Below, piece after piece: positions 55,203-64,000 of a stretch of DNA of 64,000 nt. A model generated the notes under the pieces. The model did not search any database. It had not been told where the DNA came from and saw only the letters and a program-made list of their open reading frames with translations. Positions within the stretch are counted from its first letter, which is position 1, and the number at the start of each line of letters is the position of its first letter. The position numbers were made by a program, and so were the translations under genes. This DNA comes from Thermoproteota archaeon (GTDB lineage Archaea > Korarchaeota > Korarchaeia > Korarchaeales > Korarchaeaceae): contig JAOZFN010000017.1 of the NCBI GenBank assembly GCA_027492205.1, positions 1 to 64,000 of the forward strand, written 5' to 3'.

Positions 55203-57608
55203 GTGAGATCTTTGAGCGCCGAGGGCCGGTTCAGGTTCGTCGGCGTGAGGGTCGGCAGGAAGGACGGGGTCCTGAAGGCCACGGGGAGGGCCACCTACGC
55301 CTACGACGTCTGGCTGCCGGGGATGCTCCACGGGCGCATTCTGAAGAGCCCCTACGCCCACGCCGAGGTCCGCGTTGACGCGACCGAGGCGGAGAGGATG
55401 GGGGCAGTCGTGCTCACCCCGAGGGACGTGCCCGACGTTCTCTTCAACCCGAGGCTGGTCAGCGTGGAGGAGGACACCTTCAAGGACTGGAGGGTCCTCA
55501 CCGACCACCCGAGGTACGTGGGCGAGCCCGTGGCCGCGGTCGCGGCGGCCTCGGAGGAGGCGGCCCAGCGCGCGCTGGAGGCCGTCAGGCTGGAGCCCGT
55601 CAGGGTGTACAGGCCCCTCCTCGACCCGTTCGAGGCCACCAGGCCGGGTTCCCCGGCCATCCACGAGAGGGTCATGAGGGGCGGGGCCTGGGTCGACGTG
55701 GAAGACAACGTCGCCTGCACCCTCGAGTACTCCGAGGGAGACGTCGACCGAGCCCTGTCGGAGGCCGACGTGGTGATAGAGAGGAGGTTCCACACCAACC
55801 GCAGGTACCACCTCCAGCCCGAGCCCAAGGTGGCGGTGAGCAGGCCGGACCCCGACGGCGGCGTCACGGTCTGGACCACGACGCAGACCGTCCACAACAC
55901 CAAGATCCTCATATCGCAGGTCTTCGGGATCCCGCAGAGCAAGGTCAGGGTGAAGAAGGTCTTCCTGGGCGGGGGGTTCGGGTCCAGCATCCACACCAAC
56001 CTCGTGACCCTGGTGGCCGTCGCCCTGAGCAGGAAGGCCAGGAGGCCCGTGAGGATGGCCCTGACGAGAGAGGAGGACATGATGCACGACCACGTCTCCT
56101 TCGAGATGCACATGAGGATCAGGGCGGGGGCGAAGAGGAACGGGAGGCTGTCAGGGGCGGAGTTCGAGAACGTCATGGACATAGGGGCCCACCAAATTCA
56201 ACCCTACCCGCTGCTGGGCACCGCGCTGGGCTGGTTCGTTTCCCTCTACAAGTGGGGGGCCATCAGGTACTTCGGGAGAGCCGTCTACACCAACAAGGTC
56301 CCGAGCTGCGCCCTCAGGGGATACGGGAACCCCCAGGTCACCTGGGCCGTCGAGACCGTCGTGGACGAGCTGGCCGAGGAGCTGGAAATGGATCCCGTGG
56401 AGTTCAGGCTGAAGAACTACGTGGGCAAGGGCGACCTGTTCTGGGGACAGGGGCCCACTGTGAAGAGCATCATCAGGAGCGACGGCGTCCCGGAGCTCAT
56501 GAGGAGGGGAGCGGAGCTCATCGGCTGGAGGAACAGGCCGAGGCCCGGGGAGCAGACCGGCAGGTACAGGCGCGGCATAGGGGTGGCCAGGGGGTTCCAC
56601 ACCTCCGGGGCCGGCGGACCCCTGTCCGGGTCGGTGATCGACTACTCCGGGGCGTTCCTCAAGGTGAACGAGGACGGGAGCGTGGACTACGTCACGGCCC
56701 TGCAGGACCACGGCGGGGGCACGCTGGACGCCCACGCCAAGATCATCGCGGAGGAGCTCTGCATCCCGCTGGAGAAGGTCAACGTGGTCTGGTCGGACAG
56801 CTCCACCACCGTCTACGACGTGTGCACCCACGCCTCCAGGGGCGTGTACGTGGGAGGGGAGGCCGCCAGGAGGGCCGCCAGGGAGGTGAAGAGGAAGATC
56901 CTGGAGTACGCGGTTAGGATCCTGAACGTCGCCGTGGGCCCCGAGGCCCTGAGGATGAGGTACGACGAGGAGTTGAAGGACGCGGTCATCTACGTGGAGG
57001 GTTCAGACGCCCAAACGACCCTAAGCGAGGTGGCCAGGACGGCTTGGCAGAGGAACTGGGGGTCCATCTCGGCGTCGGTGAGCTTCAGGGCCACCGCCGC
57101 ACCTCCAAGCTTCACCGCCTACTTCGTGGAGGTCGAGGTGGACACCGAGACGGGCAGGGTCAGGCCCGTCAGGGTCGTCGCGGGCGCCGACATAGGCACG
57201 GTGATCAACCCCGAGCTGGCGGAGGGGCAGGTGCAGGGCGGATTCGTCATGGGCTGGGGCTGGGCCGTCTTGGAGGACACGCCCTACAACCCGGAGACCG
57301 GGGCGCTGGAGAACATGGGGTTCATCACCGACTACAAGGTCCCCACCGCCGGGGACATACCGCCAATCGAGGACTTCAGGGTGATATTCGCCGACACCTA
57401 CGAGCCAACGGGCCCGTTCGGGGCCAAGGGAATAGGGGAGGCCGCCAGCAACCCCGTCGCGGCCGCCGTGGCCAACGCGATCTACGACGCCATAGGGATC
57501 AGGTTCTACGAGCTCCCGATCACCCCTGAGAGGATACTGAGGGCCCTCAGGGAGAGGGAGCGCCAGGGGCGGGAATCCGCCCAGGAGAGGGGGGGTGGCC
57601 TGAGCTGA
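55203..57608 (+). CDS. Xanthine dehydrogenase family molybdopterin-binding subunit (set 1)
   Basis: GGGFGS, LRGYGNPQ, THASR, GQVQGG, GPFGAKGIGE. Confidence 0.92.
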   Translation: MRSLSAEGRFRFVGVRVGRKDGVLKATGRATYAYDVWLPGMLHGRILKSPYAHAEVRVDATEAERMGAVVLTPRDVPDVLFNPRLVSVEEDTFKDWRVLTDHPRYVGEPVAAVAAASEEAAQRALEAVRLEPVRVYRPLLDPFEATRPGSPAIHERVMRGGAWVDVEDNVACTLEYSEGDVDRALSEADVVIERRFHTNRRYHLQPEPKVAVSRPDPDGGVTVWTTTQTVHNTKILISQVFGIPQSKVRVKKVFLGGGFGSSIHTNLVTLVAVALSRKARRPVRMALTREEDMMHDHVSFEMHMRIRAGAKRNGRLSGAEFENVMDIGAHQIQPYPLLGTALGWFVSLYKWGAIRYFGRAVYTNKVPSCALRGYGNPQVTWAVETVVDELAEELEMDPVEFRLKNYVGKGDLFWGQGPTVKSIIRSDGVPELMRRGAELIGWRNRPRPGEQTGRYRRGIGVARGFHTSGAGGPLSGSVIDYSGAFLKVNEDGSVDYVTALQDHGGGTLDAHAKIIAEELCIPLEKVNVVWSDSSTTVYDVCTHASRGVYVGGEAARRAAREVKRKILEYAVRILNVAVGPEALRMRYDEELKDAVIYVEGSDAQTTLSEVARTAWQRNWGSISASVSFRATAAPPSFTAYFVEVEVDTETGRVRPVRVVAGADIGTVINPELAEGQVQGGFVMGWGWAVLEDTPYNPETGALENMGFITDYKVPTAGDIPPIEDFRVIFADTYEPTGPFGAKGIGEAASNPVAAAVANAIYDAIGIRFYELPITPERILRALRERERQGRESAQERGGGLS

Positions 57609-57655
57609 CCGAGGGAGTTAGGCCTGGGGCCGGGGGCGGTATCCGGGAGCTCCCC

Positions 57656-58555
57656 GTGAACCGGTTCAACACCCACATAATCCCGGTGGCGTTCGAGTAC
57701 CACGAGCCCAGGACGATAAGGGAGGCCCTTGAGCTGCTGGCGAGGTGGGGGGAGGACGCCAAGATACTGGCCGGGGGGACCGACCTCCTGGTGCAGATGA
57801 AGATGCGGAGGGTCGAGCCGAAGTGCCTAATCAACATCAAGGGGATCCCGGAGCTGGACTACATCAGGGAGGGGCCCACGGGCGTGAGGATAGGGGCCGC
57901 CACCCGGCTGAGGAGGCTTGAGAGGAGCGGCGCCATCAAGAGGCTCTTCCCGGCGCTGCACCGGGCGATCAGGTGGATGGCCTCGGTTCAGGTCAGGAAC
58001 ATGGCCACCATAGGGGGGAACCTGTGCAACGCCTCCCCCGCGGCCGACACCGCGCCTCCCCTGATCGTCTACGGGGCGAGGGTAAAGCTCGCCAGCGTCT
58101 CTGGCGAGAGGACCCTGCCCGTCGAGGACTTCTTCACCGGGCCGGGGCAGACGGCCATGAGGCCCGGGGAGATGCTGACGGAGATCTGGATCCCCAGGCA
58201 GCCGGAGGTGACGGGGTCGGCGTTCATCAAGGTGGCGAGGACCGCCATGGACCTGGCCAAGGTGAACGTGGCCGTCGCGCTGACCCTGAAGGGGTGGTCG
58301 GCCTTCAACGTCCGGATAGCCCTGGGCTCGGTGGCGCCAACGCCCATGAGGGCGAGGGAGGCGGAGGCCGCGCTGGAGGGGAGGCCGCCCACCGAGGACC
58401 TGCTGAGGAGGGTCGGGGAGATAGCTTCGGAGGAGATCAGGCCCATCACGGACGTCAGGTCAACCGCCGAGTACAGGCGCGAGGTCACCAAGGTCATCGT
58501 GGCGGACGCCCTCCGCGAGGCTCTCGGGATGGTGAGGGTCGGGGGTGTGGCGTAA
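57656..58555 (+). CDS. Xanthine dehydrogenase family FAD-binding subunit (set 1)
   Basis: AGGTDL, RNMATIGGNLCNASPAAD, PITDVRSTAEYR. Confidence 0.92.
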   Translation: MNRFNTHIIPVAFEYHEPRTIREALELLARWGEDAKILAGGTDLLVQMKMRRVEPKCLINIKGIPELDYIREGPTGVRIGAATRLRRLERSGAIKRLFPALHRAIRWMASVQVRNMATIGGNLCNASPAADTAPPLIVYGARVKLASVSGERTLPVEDFFTGPGQTAMRPGEMLTEIWIPRQPEVTGSAFIKVARTAMDLAKVNVAVALTLKGWSAFNVRIALGSVAPTPMRAREAEAALEGRPPTEDLLRRVGEIASEEIRPITDVRSTAEYRREVTKVIVADALREALGMVRVGGVA

Positions 58556-59070
58556 TGGAGCCCAGGGTCATCAGGTTCAGGCTGAACGGGGAGTGGGTCC
58601 GGCTCAGCGTGATGCCGAACGAGCTCCTGATCAACGTGCTCAGGGAGAAGCTCCACCTCACGGGAACCAAGTACTGGTGCGGAATAGGGGAGTGCGGCGG
58701 GTGCACGGTCCTGCTGGACGGCGAGCCCGTCCTGTCGTGCCTGACCCTGGCCGTGGACGTCGACGGCAGGAAGGTCACCACCATAGAGGGCCTCGCCACC
58801 GGAGAGGACGACCTCACGCCTCTTCAGAGGGCCTTCATAGAGGAGGGGGCGATCCAGTGCGGGTTCTGCACGCCCGGCTTCATACTCACGGCTCAGGCCC
58901 TCCTGAGGGAGAACCCCAACCCCACAGAGGAGGAGATCAGGGAGTACGTCCGAGGGAACCTCTGCAGGTGCACGGGCTACGTCAGCATAATCAGGGCCGT
59001 CAAGAGGGCCGCCTCAGAGGCGGTGAAGTCCCGGAGACCTGGGCCGGCCGCCGGCGCCGCGTCGGGGTGA
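58555..59070 (+). CDS. Xanthine dehydrogenase family 2Fe-2S subunit (set 1)
   Basis: CGIGECGGC...SC, QCGFCTPG, NLCRCTGY; TAATG overlap. Confidence 0.92.
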   Translation: MEPRVIRFRLNGEWVRLSVMPNELLINVLREKLHLTGTKYWCGIGECGGCTVLLDGEPVLSCLTLAVDVDGRKVTTIEGLATGEDDLTPLQRAFIEEGAIQCGFCTPGFILTAQALLRENPNPTEEEIREYVRGNLCRCTGYVSIIRAVKRAASEAVKSRRPGPAAGAASG

Positions 59071-59117
59071 CGCGGGCCCCCGTCTCGAGGTGTGGAGAGA
59101 GTCGGGAGGTGCGCGAG

Positions 59118-60044
59118 TTGGGTCTGAAGGGTCGGGACGTGATCTCCGCCCTGGACTTCTCCAGGGCGGAGGTGGAGGAGCTCTTTCGGTTGGCCGAGAG
59201 GCTGAGGGAGGAGATCGCGGAGAGGAGAATCCTGGACTACGCCAGGGGGAGGCTGATGGCCACCGTCTTCATGGAGCCGAGCACCAGGACCAGGCTCAGC
59301 TTCACCTACGCCATGATCAGGCTGGGGGGAGCCGTGGTGGACTTCGGGCCGGAGGCCGCAACCAGCAGGGCGAAGGGGGAGAGCCTGGAGGACTCCCTGA
59401 GGATGGTCGACGGCTACGGTCCGGACGTGATCGTCCTGAGGCAGGGCACCCCGGGCATGGCCGAGAAGGTGGCAGAGGTGTGCGAGGCCCCCGTGATAAA
59501 CGCCGGGGACGGGTGGAACGAGCACCCCACTCAGGCCCTGCTGGACGTCTACACCATCTGGAGGGAGCTGGGCAGGGTCGACGGCGTGACGGTGGGCATA
59601 ATGGGGGATCTGAAGCACGGGAGGACCCCGAGCTCCCTGTCCTACATGCTCTCCCTGTTCGACGGCGTCAAGATCTGGTACATAGCCCCAGACCCCCTGC
59701 AGATCAGGCCCGAGGTCGTGGAGAGGGTAGAGGGCAGGGTCGAGTACTCCAAGACCTCCAAACTTGAGGACGTGATCGAGGAGCTCGACGTGCTCTACGT
59801 GACCAGGCTCCAGAAGGAGAGGTTCCCTGATCCGGAGGAGTACGAGAGGCTGAAGGGGAGCTACAGGGTGGACGCCGACTTCCTGAGAAAGTTCAGGAAG
59901 ATCCCGATCATAATGCACCCGCTGCCGAGGGTGTGGGAGCTCGACGAGAGCGTCGACTCCCTCCCGCAGGCCAAGTACTTCGAGCAGGCCGTCAACGGGA
60001 TGTACGTGAGGGCGGCGCTGGTCAAGGAGATCCTGGGGATCTGA
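59118..60044 (+). CDS. pyrB: Aspartate carbamoyltransferase catalytic subunit (or close paralog)
   Basis: FMEPSTRTRLSF, KGESLED, NAGDG..EHPTQ, GDLKHGRT, TRLQKERF, MHPLPR; TTG start after GGAGGTG. Confidence 0.85.
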   Translation: MGLKGRDVISALDFSRAEVEELFRLAERLREEIAERRILDYARGRLMATVFMEPSTRTRLSFTYAMIRLGGAVVDFGPEAATSRAKGESLEDSLRMVDGYGPDVIVLRQGTPGMAEKVAEVCEAPVINAGDGWNEHPTQALLDVYTIWRELGRVDGVTVGIMGDLKHGRTPSSLSYMLSLFDGVKIWYIAPDPLQIRPEVVERVEGRVEYSKTSKLEDVIEELDVLYVTRLQKERFPDPEEYERLKGSYRVDADFLRKFRKIPIIMHPLPRVWELDESVDSLPQAKYFEQAVNGMYVRAALVKEILGI

Positions 60045-60185
60045 ACTCCGGCCGGCCGGTGTCTGGCCGGGGGCCCACCCCTCTCCTCAACTATTTATTG
60101 AAGCCGAGCCCGTTGTTGCCGGATCTGGGCGCCCGAGCTCGCATAGTCGGCCTCGGGCGTCTGACTAGAGGAGGGGCAGGTTGAC

Positions 60186-61058
60186 ATGCTGCCCGAGTTC
60201 GAGTATCACAGGCCAGCCTCTCTAGAGGAGGCCGTCAGGCTCCTCTCGGAGCTCGGTCCTGACGCCAAGGTGATCGCCGGGGGGACCGACCTGGTAGTGA
60301 AGATGAGGGCCGGGCTGGTGAGCCCGAGGCACGTCGTCGACCTGAGCAGGCTAACCGAGATTCGGTTCATCAGGGACGAGGGGGACCGGCTCAAGATAGG
60401 GGCCGGGACCACCCTGTGGGAGATAGAGAACTCCAGGGAAGTCGCCCGCGGGGTCCCGGTCCTCCGGGAGGCCGTCGAAGAGATGGCGAGCTGGCACGTC
60501 AAGACCACCGCCACCATAGGAGGGAACCTGTGCAACGCCTCCCCCGCGGCCGACGCCGCGCCTCCCCTGATGGTCCACGACGCCACGCTGGTCGTCGTCG
60601 GCCCGGAGGGGAGGAGAGAGGTTCCAATCGGTGAGTTCTTCACGGGACCCGGTCAGACGGTCCTGGGGGTGGGAGAGATCTTGGCGGAGGTGGTCGTCCC
60701 GAAGATGCGCCGAGGGCAGGGGGCGGCCTTCGAGAAGCTCACGGTGAGGGAGGGGGCCCTGTCAATAGCGTCCGCCGCCGCCCTAGTCGAGATCTCCGGC
60801 GGGCGCTTCGTCGACGCGAGGGTTGCGCTCGGGGCCGTGGCCCCGACGCCAATAAGAGCCCTTAAGGTCGAGAGGGCGCTTAAGGGGCGGCCGGCCACCA
60901 GGGAGATCCTGAGAAGCGCCAGCAGAGAGGCCAAGGCTGACATCAAACCGATAACCGACGTCCGGGGGTCGAGGGAGTACAGGGAAGAGATGTCGGTGGT
61001 CCTGGTGAGGCGGGCCCTTGAGAGGGCCGTCGAGAGGGCGGGGGGTGCCTGGGCTTGA
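60186..61058 (+). CDS. Xanthine dehydrogenase family FAD-binding subunit (set 2)
   Basis: AGGTDL, ATIGGNLCNASPAAD, PITDVRGSREYR. Confidence 0.92.
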   Translation: MLPEFEYHRPASLEEAVRLLSELGPDAKVIAGGTDLVVKMRAGLVSPRHVVDLSRLTEIRFIRDEGDRLKIGAGTTLWEIENSREVARGVPVLREAVEEMASWHVKTTATIGGNLCNASPAADAAPPLMVHDATLVVVGPEGRREVPIGEFFTGPGQTVLGVGEILAEVVVPKMRRGQGAAFEKLTVREGALSIASAAALVEISGGRFVDARVALGAVAPTPIRALKVERALKGRPATREILRSASREAKADIKPITDVRGSREYREEMSVVLVRRALERAVERAGGAWA

Positions 61059-61552
61059 GGGCCGGGGGAGGCGGGATCGTCGTGAGGTTCACCCTCAACG
61101 GCCGGGAGGTGGAGGTGACCACCAGGCCCAACGCCACGCTGCTGGACCTTCTGAGGAACGAGCTGAAGATCCTCAGCGTGAGGCGGGGCTGCGAGACGGG
61201 TGAGTGCGGGATGTGCACGGTGCTGGTGGACGGCCTCCCGGTAAGGTCGTGCCTGATGCTGGCCCCGCAGGTCGACGGGAGGAGCGTCACCACGGTCGAG
61301 GGCGTCGGAGACCCGGAGAGGCTGCACCCCGTTCAGGAGGCATTTGTGGAGGCCGGGGCCGTGCAGTGCGGGTTCTGCACGCCCGCCATGGTCCTCACGG
61401 CCAAGGCCCTGCTCGACCGGGATCCGAACCCGGACGAGCGCACGGTGAAGGAGGCCATCCTCGGCGTGCTCTGCAGGTGCACCGGGTACGCCAAGATAGT
61501 CAGGGCCGTGAGGCTGGCGGCCGAGAGGGTGGCGGGGGGTGTGAGGGAGTGA
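61055..61552 (+). CDS. Xanthine dehydrogenase family 2Fe-2S subunit (set 2)
   Basis: GCETGECGMC...SC, QCGFCTP, LCRCTGY. Confidence 0.92.
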   Translation: MRAGGGGIVVRFTLNGREVEVTTRPNATLLDLLRNELKILSVRRGCETGECGMCTVLVDGLPVRSCLMLAPQVDGRSVTTVEGVGDPERLHPVQEAFVEAGAVQCGFCTPAMVLTAKALLDRDPNPDERTVKEAILGVLCRCTGYAKIVRAVRLAAERVAGGVRE

Positions 61553-63882
61553 GCTCGAGCTCCGTACTGGAGGAGATTCGGAGGGCAGAGGAGTTCCTGG
61601 TCGTGGGCAAGGGAGTCAGGAGGATCGACGCCCTGGACAAGGTCACCGGGAGGGCCAGGTTCACGGGCGACTTCGTCCTGAAGGACGCCCTCCACGTCAG
61701 GCTGGTGAAGAGCCCCATACCCCACGGGAGGATCATCGAGATAGACGCCGAGAGGGCCCTTAGCCTGGGCCCCGTCCGCTTCTTCACGGCCGCGGACATT
61801 CCTGGGGAGAACCAGGTGGGCTACGCCCTGCCGGATCAGCCCCTCCTGCCCGCGGACAAGGTCAGGTACGTCGGAGAGCCGGTCGCCCTCGTGGCGGCCC
61901 CCGACGAGGACCTCGCCGAGAAGGCCGCCGAGCTCGTGGAGGTGAGGTACGAGGAGCTCCCGGCAGTGTTCGACCCGCTCGAGGCGATGGAGCGGTCCGA
62001 CGTGCTGGTGCACGAGGACAGAGGCACGAACATAGCCGAGATGACCAGGGTGAGGAAGGGGAACGTTGAGAGGGGCTTCGAGGAGTCCGACGTCGTCGTG
62101 GAGAACACCTACAGGACCGGCCACCAGGAGCACGCCCCCTTGGAGACCGAGGGGGCCGTCGCCATACCGGACACCCAGGGGGGCGTCACCGTCATCGCCT
62201 CCATACAGTACCCGCACCTCTGCCAGAGGATCACGGCGAGGGTCCTGGGGCTGCCCCACAGCATGGTCAGGGTCGTCCAGCCCTACGTCGGCGGGGGGTT
62301 CGGCGGGAAGGACGACATGGGTCCCGTAGTGAGCGCCATGGCCGCGCTGGTGGCCTTCAAGACCGGCAAGCCGGCCGTGCTGGTCTACAGCCGGAGGGAC
62401 AGCTTCACCTCCACCTGCAAGAGGGACCCGTCGGTCGTCAGGTACAAGACGGGCGCCACAAGGGACGGGAGGCTGAAGGCCATCGAGGTCCAGATAATAC
62501 TCGACTCGGGGGCGTACGCGAACAGGGGACCGTACGTCCTCTGGAGGGCGACGATGCACGCGGGCGGGCCCTACGAGGTACCGAACGCCAAGGTCGACGG
62601 CTTCCTGGTCTACACCAACAAGGTGTTCGAGGGGTCCTTCAGGGGGTTCGGGAACCCCCAGGTCCAGTTCGCGGCCGAGAGCCAGCTCGACGAGCTGGCC
62701 GAGAGGCTGGGCATGGATCCGCTGGAGATAAGGCTCAAGAACCTGCTGAGGCCCGGGAGCAGGACCATAACCGACCAGCTCCTGGAGTCCTCGGTCGGGA
62801 TCTACGAGGCCGTCAAGCTCCTGGGAGAGAAGACCGGGTTCAGGGCGAAGTGGCGCGAGTACAGGAGGGAGAGAGCTGGCAGGGTGAGGAGGGGGATAGG
62901 GATAGCCTGCGGCTACCACGGGATAAGCACCAGCAGGGGGGTGCCGGACTGGTCCAACGCCACCGTCATACTCGGGAGGGACGGGAGCGTCACTGTGGAG
63001 ACGGGCATATGCGAGATAGGCCAGGGCAGCTGGACGGCCCACGCCCAGATAGCTGCGGAGGTGCTGGGCGTGCCGGTGGAGAGGGTCAAGGTGGTCGGGG
63101 GGACCAGCGACGCCCCCGACACCGGGGCGACGCACGCGTCCAGGGGGTCGAGCATAGGCGGGATAGGGGTGTACGTCGCGGCGAGGAGGCTGAGGGAGAG
63201 GCTGGCGGATGCGGCCGCCAGGCTGCTGGAGTGCGACCCCTCTGACGTGGAGATCAGGGAGGGCAGGGCGTTCCGCAGGGACAACCCAGACGACTACGTG
63301 GAGTGGGAGGAACTCGTCCAGGCGGCCTACGGCATGGGCTACGAGATGAGCGCCACCGGCTACTTCTTCCTCCCGAAGGGCAAGTTCGACATGGAGAGGG
63401 GTCTGGGGTACGCGTACCCGGCGTTCAGCTACATCGCCAACGTGGCGGAGGTGGAGGTGGACCTGGAGACCGGCAAGGTCAGGGTCGTGAGGGTCTGGCC
63501 GGCCCTCGCCGCCGGGAGGATCCTCAACCCGGTGCTGGTGGAGGGGCAGATCGAGGGGGCCATCGCCCAGGGAATGGGATACGCGCTGACCGAGGAGCTG
63601 AAGTTCGAGGATGGGCGCATCCTGAACCCGAACTTCACGGACTACCTGATCCCGACATCGCTAGACGTGCCGGAGGTGGAGGAGCCGATATACGTGGAGG
63701 ACCTCTACGAGTACGGGCCGTTCGGTGCCAAGGGAGTCGGGGAGATGGCGCTGATCCCGACGCCGGCGGCCATAATGAACGCCGTGAAGAACGCGACGGG
63801 CGTCAGGATAACTGAGATCCCGGCCACCCCCGAGAAGGTTTACTTCGCCCTGAGGAGGGCGGGGGTGGTAGCCGGAGAGTGA
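61549..63882 (+). CDS. Xanthine dehydrogenase family molybdopterin-binding subunit (set 2)
   Basis: GGGFGGK, FRGFGNPQ, EIGQG, THASRG, GQIEG, GAKGVGE; GTGA overlap. Confidence 0.92.
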   Translation: MSSSSVLEEIRRAEEFLVVGKGVRRIDALDKVTGRARFTGDFVLKDALHVRLVKSPIPHGRIIEIDAERALSLGPVRFFTAADIPGENQVGYALPDQPLLPADKVRYVGEPVALVAAPDEDLAEKAAELVEVRYEELPAVFDPLEAMERSDVLVHEDRGTNIAEMTRVRKGNVERGFEESDVVVENTYRTGHQEHAPLETEGAVAIPDTQGGVTVIASIQYPHLCQRITARVLGLPHSMVRVVQPYVGGGFGGKDDMGPVVSAMAALVAFKTGKPAVLVYSRRDSFTSTCKRDPSVVRYKTGATRDGRLKAIEVQIILDSGAYANRGPYVLWRATMHAGGPYEVPNAKVDGFLVYTNKVFEGSFRGFGNPQVQFAAESQLDELAERLGMDPLEIRLKNLLRPGSRTITDQLLESSVGIYEAVKLLGEKTGFRAKWREYRRERAGRVRRGIGIACGYHGISTSRGVPDWSNATVILGRDGSVTVETGICEIGQGSWTAHAQIAAEVLGVPVERVKVVGGTSDAPDTGATHASRGSSIGGIGVYVAARRLRERLADAAARLLECDPSDVEIREGRAFRRDNPDDYVEWEELVQAAYGMGYEMSATGYFFLPKGKFDMERGLGYAYPAFSYIANVAEVEVDLETGKVRVVRVWPALAAGRILNPVLVEGQIEGAIAQGMGYALTEELKFEDGRILNPNFTDYLIPTSLDVPEVEEPIYVEDLYEYGPFGAKGVGEMALIPTPAAIMNAVKNATGVRITEIPATPEKVYFALRRAGVVAGE

Positions 63883-63889
63883 TCCCCGC

Positions 63890-64000
63890 GTGATCAGGGT
63901 CAGAGTCCGCTTCTACGCCGGACTGAGGCACCGCGTCGGCGTGAGCGAGGTCACGCTTGAGCTGCCTGGTGGGGCGAGGGTGGAGCACGCCGTGGATGAG
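63890..64000 (+). CDS. MoaD/ThiS-like ubiquitin-fold protein, N-terminal part (runs off the window)
   Basis: GTG start; MIRVRVRFYAGLRHRVGVSEVTLELPGGARV resembles MoaD/SAMP N-termini; not in the ORF track. Confidence 0.7.
   Translation, partial: MIRVRVRFYAGLRHRVGVSEVTLELPGGARVEHAVDE

Overview
High-GC (roughly two-thirds G+C by eye), gene-dense archaeal chromosome segment. AGG/ATA codon use, TATA boxes about 25-30 nt upstream of many starts, XPB-Bax1, a GTPBP1-like GTPase and HEPN-MNT pairs suggest a thermophilic TACK-type archaeon; the lineage is inferred, not proven. I found no rRNA, tRNA, CRISPR array or transposase. Contents: a PadR-regulated trio of low-complexity/NifX proteins sharing a coiled-coil tail; two S-layer-like secreted proteins; a membrane protein ending in a 10-Cys tail, translationally coupled to a PqqD/RRE-radical SAM-SPASM enzyme (top candidate for a novel system); XPB-Bax1; a tupABC transporter with a ModE-like regulator; an Fe-S/MinD-ferredoxin operon; an unusual tandem-AAA plus Lon protease fusion; several decayed toxin-antitoxin and other pseudogenes; and a large cluster of a Liv-type ABC transporter, a cyclic amidohydrolase and two xanthine-dehydrogenase-family enzymes with an aspartate carbamoyltransferase between them. 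All family calls come from motif recognition by eye, not database searches, and several start codons are refined from the ORF track.
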